IMG/VR virus record: IMGVR_UViG_3300047476_001402
Location: 26,384-90,383 of that record
Reading direction: 5' to 3' (one strand)
Source: a virus
Length of the DNA stretch: 64,000 bases
A program made the translations under genes and the position numbers. Below, one piece after another: positions 48,670 through 55,613 of this stretch. Below the pieces are notes generated by a model. It searched no databases and was not told the DNA's origin. It was given only the letters and a program-made list of their open reading frames with translations. How positions within the stretch are numbered: the stretch's first letter is position 1; each line of letters begins with the position of its first letter.

Positions 48670-48722
48670 TCAATATTCTACAACACTCCTTTCTTTTTGT
48701 CAATCATCTTCTGTAATTTAAC

Positions 48723-48866
48723 ATCCCCGCCTATCAGTTTCCATCCCTGATTTGGTTATTTTTTGCGTCTGATAAAACGCTTTCCTCCTTCCAGACTAGC
48801 GAGTATCAATTCGCACGGCTTTCTTCATCTGGTTTATTTGACGGGATTTTTAGACTTGCGTCCTAG
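48723..48866 (-). ncRNA. Putative multi-stem ncRNA
   Basis: ATCCCGTC/GGCGGGGAT closing stem around three hairpins; GC-rich intergenic island. Confidence 0.5.
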
Positions 48867-48875
48867 TTAAACAAA

Positions 48876-49100
48876 TTACGAACACATACATGTTCCATAG
48901 TCACAACAACAATTCGATGACCACACCTCGCAAAGGGAACACCAAGACATCTGACCGCCACACATATAACACGTTTCTGGGTAATTATATTTTCTATCGG
49001 CTTCCCGAGCTTTTATTCGTGCAGCATCTTTCCGACGTTTATTCTCACGTCTTCCTACGATGGGATTTTTCAAATAAAATCTGGTTAATGTTCTGTTCAT
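48876..49100 (-). CDS. Small Cys-rich protein
   Basis: CYMC...WCSLC...CCCDYGTCMCS. Confidence 0.55.
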   Translation of the reverse strand: MNRTLTRFYLKNPIVGRRENKRRKDAARIKAREADRKYNYPETCYMCGGQMSWCSLCEVWSSNCCCDYGTCMCS

Positions 49101-49107
49101 AATAAAT

Positions 49108-49169
49108 TGATGGACACGATGAGACTCGAACTCACAGTTGGAAACGCACTACCATTATGCTACATGCCC
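49108..49169 (-). ncRNA. Anticodon-less tRNA-like RNA with G3:U70 and A73
   Basis: GGGCATG-TA-GCAT-AATGGTA-GTGC-GTTTCCAACT-GTGAG-TTCGAGT-CTCAT-CGTGTCC-A-TCA. Confidence 0.75.
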
Positions 49170-49207
49170 ATATAACCATACTACCGAAACTGAAAAGGTC
49201 AACAACA

Positions 49208-50051
49208 TTAATCTTTAATCGGTTTCAATTCTAATCCATACAGCACTTCATCAAGTACAAGAAAATCAACATGTGCAGCAAATGCAAAATTTAATAATTG
49301 CATTCTAATATCTGCCAATTCTTCGGGAGTATAACCCCAAGTGGCTTGTAAATCATTTAAAATTTTATCAAGTGTAGGTGTTTTCATTTCCAAACTTTTT
49401 TATATGTTGTAACTTTCATTTCAATACTAGGCGAATCGCTTTCATAAAAACAACCACCATAATCAATTTCTGCTGATACTACGACTTGAATATCATCATT
49501 TTCAAAAACTGTATGACCCCAACGATCAACTTGTACTTCACTTAAAAGTTCTAAATGTAGTTTAGGTGGAATTCTCGCTGCCTTTTTCTTTGCCATATTA
49601 TTCGTATCTAGTCGATTTAAATCCACAAGAAGGGCAATGAACATTATATTGTCCTGGACATGATAGTAACATCATACCGGGACATGTGAACACCATTTCA
49701 ACCTCTCTATTTTCGGGCGGAAGAATACATTTAGGACAAGCAACTCTTGCTCCATTCCTAGAACTAAGCCTTCCGAAATGTTTATTATATTCATCAAGCG
49801 TTAACATGTTCTGAATTCCAATTCGTTATATAATTCCCATTATATTCTATTCCTATAAAATCCTCTGAAACGAATCTGCCCCACGGTCCAGACGGTCCTG
49901 AATTTTTCCATTCAATGTTTATAAACTTTTGAATTATATGAAAATATAACACATTCTCGAAAATTATGTCTTTTTCGGACGGACTTTCACTTTGTAGATA
50001 TAATATTCCTCCGTCGAATTTTCCACTGGTTATTTTAGGACAAACAAACAT
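49208..50051 (-). other. Run of four small hypothetical ORFs
   Basis: Co-oriented ORFs 49208-49393, 49384-about 49596, 49598-49807 (Zn ribbon), 49794-50051. Confidence 0.5.
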
Positions 50052-50052
50052 A

Positions 50053-50505
50053 TTATTGTAATTTCTGTCCTACTAATGTAGAAATTGTCTTATTATCAGT
50101 TGCACCGTTTGCGAGTTCCACGACACGTTTAATAACTTTACCCATGTCGCGTTTAGATGTAGCACCAAGCTCTGCAATTGCAGAATCAACCATATCACTC
50201 ACCTGATCATTTGTAAGAGCCGCAGGAAGGTATTCCTTGAGAATTGCCATCTCATTATACTCTCTGATAGCAAGGTCTGCCCTATTTGCCTTATCATAGG
50301 CATCAAAGGAATCCTCCCGTTGTGCAACCTGTTTACGCACAATTCCTAGAGCCTCTACATCGTCCAAAGGATTGTTCACGTTCCCCTTAATAATAGCAGC
50401 ATTCGTGAATGCATTCTTAAGTTGGCGTAATACTGCAAGTCTTCCTGAATCGGAATTCTTCATTGCAATTTTAATATCTTCGTTAATTTTTTCTTGTAGT
50501 TTCAT
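50053..50505 (-). CDS. yqeY: GatB/YqeY domain protein
   Basis: D.K.AMK, RKQV.QREDS...Y..A.R.DLA..E..E..IL..YLP, GATS.RDMGKV. Confidence 0.9.
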   Translation of the reverse strand: MKLQEKINEDIKIAMKNSDSGRLAVLRQLKNAFTNAAIIKGNVNNPLDDVEALGIVRKQVAQREDSFDAYDKANRADLAIREYNEMAILKEYLPAALTNDQVSDMVDSAIAELGATSKRDMGKVIKRVVELANGATDNKTISTLVGQKLQ

Positions 50506-50845
50506 CTTTTATTGTATTTAAAATTTTTTTAAATCGTTGTTGTTGTTTTTCCCAATGAAGGTTTTCTAATTTTCGGAATTCAATACCATCTTCTATCTCT
50601 TTTATCTGAATTGTTGTTTGCTTTATATATTTTTCGAGAGCCTGTTCAGGAGTATAGCTTATAATCTGTATAGGAATGTCGTTCCCATCATCTAACAATG
50701 CCCACACATATTCTATTCCTTTTGAATATATTTCTTTTCTTATTCCAATTACAGTTTTCTCTAGTAATTTATGACACTGAGTATCTTCGCCATAATCAGC
50801 CGTGACATATTGATAACACTGAAATGGAATTTGTTTGTCGATCAT
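50483..50845 (-). CDS. Hypothetical protein
   Basis: ORF. Confidence 0.5.
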   Translation of the reverse strand: MIDKQIPFQCYQYVTADYGEDTQCHKLLEKTVIGIRKEIYSKGIEYVWALLDDGNDIPIQIISYTPEQALEKYIKQTTIQIKEIEDGIEFRKLENLHWEKQQQRFKKILNTIKDETTRKN

Positions 50846-50981
50846 AGGGTATTATATATTCACCATTCTTCAAATACGGCATCCCAATCCACCGATTCAA
50901 CTTCTTCATCTGTGAAGAAAAGACTCGGCGTTATCGCGGGTTCATGTTTAGATTCTATCTTTGTTGTTTCTTCTTCCATTT

Positions 50982-51067
50982 TGGTGCCTCTGGTGGGACT
51001 CGAACCCACATAGGAATTTATTCCACAGATTAAGACTCTGTTGGTCGGCCAATTGACCCACAAAGGC
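50982..51067 (-). tRNA. tRNA with CTT (Lys) anticodon and a long variable arm
   Basis: ACAGA-GTCTTAA-TCTGT; V arm GGAAT-AA-ATTCC; A73 CCA. Confidence 0.8.
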
Positions 51068-51186
51068 ATATTAACCCTTATTTCGAAGAAAGGAAAGAAT
51101 TCGCTTTCCTGCCTCTTTTCCAAGAATTTTTAAATTTTTCCGAAGAACTTCAGAAAACGGATTTTGTTTTTTATTTTCTATAATTT

Positions 51187-51591
51187 TCATTTTACCACTT
51201 TAACTTCGTGCTCAACGCCATCAGCATTAAAATATGTAATTGTATAACGATCAAACGATGCTTGACAACAACTTTCAGGTTCATAAGGCCAACCAAAACA
51301 TAGAGCATTCAAATCATGGTCATTATCGGAAAAATCCTCACCACAAAAGACGTTCCACTCTGGAACAACTCTTTGATAATTATCGCGATCACCGCCACCA
51401 CGACCATAAGGATAAGCCTTTTCACAATCATCTAGAAATGTAATAAATCTTTCGATATGTTTATTATCTGGTGATACATATAGTGTTTCATATAACCAGC
51501 CATCTGCATCACCGATCATAAACCTTAGATAGAATTTATAAACATTGTTATATTTTGGCTTTTGAATTACTTTTCCGTGTTCTAGTTTCAT
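51187..51591 (-). CDS. Hypothetical protein
   Basis: ORF. Confidence 0.55.
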   Translation of the reverse strand: MKLEHGKVIQKPKYNNVYKFYLRFMIGDADGWLYETLYVSPDNKHIERFITFLDDCEKAYPYGRGGGDRDNYQRVVPEWNVFCGEDFSDNDHDLNALCFGWPYEPESCCQASFDRYTITYFNADGVEHEVKVVK

Positions 51592-51932
51592 AAGTTTTTG
51601 AAAGAACCGTCAAGGAATTTCTCAAATTCTCTTAACTTCCAAATCATATTCAATGCATATTTCATTTTAAGTTCTTCAACGGAATACACACCACCATTTA
51701 AGCCATTATCAGTTTTTACTAAACGATATTGATTTGTATAATTACAATACACGCTCCACGGTATTCTTATAATTTTAACAGAGGGATCATCGAAATTATA
51801 AGAAATACTTGGGTATGCATTATAGATATAATAAGGCTCTATGCCAACTTTCACATCACATTCTTGATGTGAAAGCATATCATCTTTAGTGGCACGTGCA
51901 GCAAAATATGCCAATAGCATCTTTTCGTTCAT
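51588..51932 (-). CDS. Hypothetical protein
   Basis: Coupled ORF. Confidence 0.55.
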   Translation of the reverse strand: MNEKMLLAYFAARATKDDMLSHQECDVKVGIEPYYIYNAYPSISYNFDDPSVKIIRIPWSVYCNYTNQYRLVKTDNGLNGGVYSVEELKMKYALNMIWKLREFEKFLDGSFKNL

Positions 51933-52100
51933 ATATTAAAACTTTTTTAATTTCCTCCGAGGATTTTTACTTTTACAGACGGAACACTTTCCGTATTGAC
52001 CAATATGATTCAAATCACATCTACACCAAAATAATTCTTTCTTTGCAGTTAGACTTTTCTCTCTATTGGTTTTTAGATATTCTTCCATAAGAAAAAACGC

Positions 52101-52176
52101 AAAGAGACGGGGACTCGAACCCCTCCTTATAACCCCCTTTCGGGCCAATTATAAAGAAATCCGCATACATCTCTTC
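52101..52176 (-). ncRNA. tRNA-like RNA with GAAA-capped long stem in place of anticodon arm
   Basis: GAAGAGAT/GTCTCTTT; CTTTATAATT..CCC-GAAA-GGG-GGTTATAAGG; GGGG-TTCGAGT-CCCC. Confidence 0.6.
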
Positions 52177-52183
52177 ATTTAAA

Positions 52184-52259
52184 TGGTCAAAATGGTGGGT
52201 AACGCTCCCACATCTACTGAATCCCAAATCCAGTGCAATTACTTGTCTGCCACATTCTG
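52184..52259 (-). tRNA. tRNA-Pro(TGG)
   Basis: CTGGA-TTTGGGA-TTCAG; C1:G72; T-loop AGCGTTA. Confidence 0.85.
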
Positions 52260-52268
52260 ATTAAAAAC

Positions 52269-52385
52269 TTTTCAATTACAGGATTTGCACCTGTTCCTAC
52301 ACATGTATATCTAATACTCTAAGACGGAATTGCACCGTTCTCACCCCTAGACGGGGGTTATGCTACTCTTACACTAAATTGAAAA
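52269..52385 (-). ncRNA. tRNA-like RNA with two T arms in one acceptor-like stem
   Basis: TTTTCAATT/AATTGAAAA; D arm; ACCCC-CGTCTA-GGGGT; ACGG-TGCAATT-CCGT; ACAGG-TGCAAAT-CCTGT. Confidence 0.62.
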
Positions 52386-52386
52386 C

Positions 52387-52460
52387 TGGTCCCTCCGTTT
52401 GGTAACTCTCCAAATTCACATGGTTAAAAGCCATATGCTTCAATTTAAAGCTTCGGAGGG
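52387..52460 (-). tRNA. tRNA-Lys(TTT)
   Basis: TATGG-CTTTTAA-CCATG; T-loop AGAGTTA. Confidence 0.82.
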
Positions 52461-52473
52461 ATTTTAAAATATT

Positions 52474-52548
52474 TGGTAACGCCTACGGGAGTCGAACCCG
52501 CATGATCTATCTTGAAAGGATAGTGTTCTACCGTTAAACTAAAGCGTC
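52474..52548 (-). tRNA. tRNA-Glu(TTC)
   Basis: CTATC-CTTTCAA-GATAG; CCA. Confidence 0.85.
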
Positions 52549-52705
52549 ATTTGAAAAATTTGTCAAGTTACTATATATTGACCACCCTTTTATAGAACAC
52601 CAATCTATCCATTCCCATTGTAATAATAGCGCGCACTCTTATTACGAGTTTGTGACTTTCGGAGTTGTTTATAAGCTTCCCCTAGATTCGTAAGGTATTT
52701 TTAAC

Positions 52706-52780
52706 TGGTATCCCCTGTTGGAATTGAACCAACGTTTATAGTCTGAGAAACTATTGTCCTAACCACTAGACGAAGGGGAC
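52706..52780 (-). tRNA. tRNA-Glu(CTC)
   Basis: ATAGT-TTCTCAG-ACTAT; CCA. Confidence 0.88.
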
Positions 52781-52795
52781 ATTTTTTACTACTCA

Positions 52796-53026
52796 CTAAG
52801 CTACACCATCATTTTCTTTTGTCAAGACCTTTTGTAAACTTTTCAGCATCTTAAAGTCATCACTTTCTTTCTCCATTTCTTCTGCTATACATTCCAGAAA
52901 AACACTCATTAATTCATCTTCAAACTCTTCTGCTTCTTGTGGATTGAGCGTTTTTAAATGTTTTTCAATTATTGGGTGCATTCTTAACTTTACATCAGGT
53001 TTCAGAAGAGTCAAAGGGTTTCTCAT
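52796..53026 (-). CDS. Hypothetical protein
   Basis: ORF. Confidence 0.5.
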   Translation of the reverse strand: MRNPLTLLKPDVKLRMHPIIEKHLKTLNPQEAEEFEDELMSVFLECIAEEMEKESDDFKMLKSLQKVLTKENDGVA

Positions 53027-53175
53027 CTTTTTCTACCTAAACAATAAAATGTTAACAATTCCTTCGCTTCTTCTGAAATATGTCGTCTATCTGCATTCCT
53101 CACCACTCTTTTTATATTACCCAAACGAATGGCTAAATCTTCATAAAGCTCTTTATAATCTTGTTCTTGCATTCG

Positions 53176-53376
53176 CTAACCTAGACTATCTTTATCTGAT
53201 GTCAAGAAGGTTTGAAGACTTTTTAACAATCCCAAACTCATTTGAAAACTTTCTAATATTTTACCATTTTTATACAAAGTACATCTATATCTTTCATTCC
53301 ATAAAAGCTCAAATCCTTTAGATTCTGCTTCTTGTTTGGCATTTGACCATACTTCTAATAAATCAGGTGTTATCAT
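53176..53376 (-). CDS. Hypothetical protein
   Basis: ORF. Confidence 0.45.
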   Translation of the reverse strand: MITPDLLEVWSNAKQEAESKGFELLWNERYRCTLYKNGKILESFQMSLGLLKSLQTFLTSDKDSLG

Positions 53377-53386
53377 TTTTTATAAT

Positions 53387-53464
53387 TGGCTCCTACCCGT
53401 GGTTACGATCCACGCTTATCGAGATTAACAGTCTCGCGCTTAACACCAAGCCAGCCCGATAGGA
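53387..53464 (-). tRNA. tRNA-Asn(GTT)
   Basis: CGAGA-CTGTTAA-TCTCG; G73 CCA; T-loop ATCGTAA. Confidence 0.88.
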
Positions 53465-53521
53465 TTTTTATTTTTTTGTTCGAATATGTTGATATATAAT
53501 CGAACGCTAATAAGTATTGTT

Positions 53522-54079
53522 ATGAAAGAACAAATACTCAAATTACGCTCAGAAGGACTCACATATAAAGAAATTTGTGATATTTTAAATTGTAGCAAAT
53601 CTACTGTATCATACTATTGCAATGATGTCTATCGAAAAAATGCTATCGAAAGAATTAAGATGAATAAGGAAAAGAATCCTTTAATAAAAAAGACAGAAAG
53701 CTTCAAAAAAGAAAAACGCCGTCTTAGAGTCAAATGTGAACACTTTCAATTACGAGACAACACATATAAAGGAAAACGATTACCGTTTGATTCAGAAAAA
53801 TTAAAATTTAACTGGAGAGACGTTATGGCTCTCTTAGAGGAAAATCCTCGTTGTTATTTGACGGGTGATATTTTGGATTTAGAAAACTTGAATACAATTT
53901 CTCTTGACCATAAAGTGCCAGTATCTAGGGGCGGAGATAATACTATCAACAATATGGGATTATGTACTAAAGATGCAAACCAATCAAAAGCGGCACTTAC
54001 TGTAGACGAATACATCGAACTATGTAAAAAGGTACTAACAAACTTCGGATACACTATTATCTCGCCGCTTCCCAATTAG
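53522..54079 (+). CDS. HTH-HNH homing endonuclease
   Basis: G.TY.EI...L.CSKSTV HTH; CYLTG...SLDH.VP.SRGG.N...N....N..K; TAAGTA before ATG 53522. Confidence 0.85.
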   Translation: MKEQILKLRSEGLTYKEICDILNCSKSTVSYYCNDVYRKNAIERIKMNKEKNPLIKKTESFKKEKRRLRVKCEHFQLRDNTYKGKRLPFDSEKLKFNWRDVMALLEENPRCYLTGDILDLENLNTISLDHKVPVSRGGDNTINNMGLCTKDANQSKAALTVDEYIELCKKVLTNFGYTIISPLPN

Positions 54080-54156
54080 CGTACAACACTTTGTTTTAGT
54101 GGTTAGCTACCGGGATTGATCGGCTCATTTATACTTTCCAAAATTCTTAAATTATC

Positions 54157-54231
54157 TGGCCGCTGTTACTGGTAACGATCCAGTCTTCGAAACTTTTCAG
54201 GCTTCGCGTTATCCATCCAACTTCAACAGCG
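54157..54231 (-). tRNA. tRNA-Phe(GAA)
   Basis: GAAGC-CTGAAAA-GTTTC; T-loop ATCGTTA; G73. Confidence 0.82.
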
Positions 54232-54349
54232 TGGTGCAGTGTTTTTACATAGAGATTATTCGGATTCCCGAAACTGCGATCTATGAGAACTTGATTAAGT
54301 TTGGTAACTCTATACGTGGTCCTTAGTCACGCTTAAATCTTGCCACCAC
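54231..54349 (-). ncRNA. Putative multi-stem ncRNA abutting tRNA-Phe
   Basis: GTGGTG(G)CA/TGCACCAC closing stem around three hairpins. Confidence 0.5.
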
Positions 54350-54417
54350 ACTTTTAATTGTCGTCCTCGATCTATGCTTGTATCGCTCGCTATGTTTATC
54401 TTTTTTCGGAAAACGTT

Positions 54418-54449
54418 GAAAACCCTGTTAGAACACTCTAACGGGTTTC
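54418..54449 (-). terminator. Conditional (attenuator-type) terminator upstream of tRNA array
   Basis: GAAACCC-GTTAGA-GTGT-TCTAAC-A-GGGTTTTC then AACGTTTT; its 5' strand can alternatively pair with ACTCTAA at the leader stop. Confidence 0.6.
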
Positions 54450-54461
54450 CCTCAATTAGAG

Positions 54462-54563
54462 TTATGAAATCTTTGTATTTCGTTCCCATTTGGGACTAAA
54501 CGAAACACTCCCTGCCGTTTTCGGCTCGGAGCTAATATTAAATTGTTTCGTATGAGATTTCAT
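54462..54563 (-). CDS. Putative leader peptide (33 aa) MKSHTKQFNISSEPKTAGSVSFSPKWERNTKIS
   Basis: Unannotated ORF with TAAGTA 11 nt upstream, diverse codons and a terminator hairpin 12 nt after the stop. Confidence 0.6.
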   Translation of the reverse strand: MKSHTKQFNISSEPKTAGSVSFSPKWERNTKIS

Positions 54564-54587
54564 ATCTGTTATTTTACTTACTCTATT

Positions 54588-54881
54588 TTAACACATTTTG
54601 TTTTGATTGCAAGAAGATTCTTCATATGTTTTAAAAAGTCCTTCAAACATATCTTCTAATATTACAATTTCAGCCTCGATCTTCGACTTTTCCAAAGTTG
54701 ATCCACCACAAGAAAATCGTTCATCTTCATTTCCATATGAATTATAGAACGTTGCATTGAAAAATCGACGTTCTTCGTCTTCATTGTTCGTGATTCGGAA
54801 ATATCCCATCTTTCCTATTCTAAGGTATGAACATTTACCATCAAGTTCGTTCTTCCAATTAAATTTAAATTGATTTGTCAT
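54588..54881 (-). CDS. Hypothetical protein
   Basis: ORF. Confidence 0.5.
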   Translation of the reverse strand: MTNQFKFNWKNELDGKCSYLRIGKMGYFRITNNEDEERRFFNATFYNSYGNEDERFSCGGSTLEKSKIEAEIVILEDMFEGLFKTYEESSCNQNKMC

Positions 54882-54974
54882 TTTATATATTTCTTAGTTT
54901 TCCGGTCATATCCGATATTTTTAAAGAAACTCCATAACATACAGTAAGAATTACTTATTTCAATAAATATAATC

Positions 54975-55532
54975 ATGCAACACAAAGAAGAATACGTCTA
55001 TAATGCACATAAAGGCTGGCAGTTAGTTCAAGAACAGGGTTATATATCCCAATCTAAAATTGGGCATATAAATTCGCCAGTAGAAAAAACTAAAAATAAA
55101 TTGAATTACTCTCCAGATTTTGGCGAAAAGGTAAAAATACAAAAGGATAGTGGACCAAAAATAAAAAAAGATTATACACCTTTATCAAAGGAAACTTCTA
55201 ATGATGCAGTGTATGTCGCCTATAACTCTTTGAAGAATTTTAGAGATGAAATTGGTAATAATCCTATCAACAGGGATTTATCAACAATTATGAGAGTAAC
55301 TGGAATGATAAACACTTTTATAAGGGAAAATTTTAATAACAAATACCAGGGTAAAAATCCTTCTACTATACCTGCCGCATTATCCAATCTATACAATTCA
55401 TTTCGTGAATTGACTGTTATTTTATCTGAAAAAGGGGATAGTGGACAATCAGGTTCTCTGTTTCGAAGTATAGCTGCACTTATGAACAATCATATTCAAA
55501 ATACAAAGGCTATTCGTCACAGTATTAAATAA
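54975..55532 (+). CDS. Hypothetical late protein
   Basis: TAAATA upstream. Confidence 0.6.
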   Translation: MQHKEEYVYNAHKGWQLVQEQGYISQSKIGHINSPVEKTKNKLNYSPDFGEKVKIQKDSGPKIKKDYTPLSKETSNDAVYVAYNSLKNFRDEIGNNPINRDLSTIMRVTGMINTFIRENFNNKYQGKNPSTIPAALSNLYNSFRELTVILSEKGDSGQSGSLFRSIAALMNNHIQNTKAIRHSIK

Positions 55533-55533
55533 T

Positions 55534-55608
55534 TGGTGCCTCGTCGGAGTTTCGAACTCCGTTTAAAATCCTTATGAAAGATTCTCGATGCCAAACCGAC
55601 CAAGAGGC
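55534..55608 (-). tRNA. tRNA-CAT (elongator Met or Ile2)
   Basis: AATCT-TTCATAA-GGATT; CCA. Confidence 0.8.
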
Positions 55609-55613
55609 AATAA

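Noticed and set aside
48790-48835. Hammerhead ribozyme (CAGATGA...GAAA)
   Set aside because: Core differs from CTGATGA, no stem II, no matching cleavage triplet.
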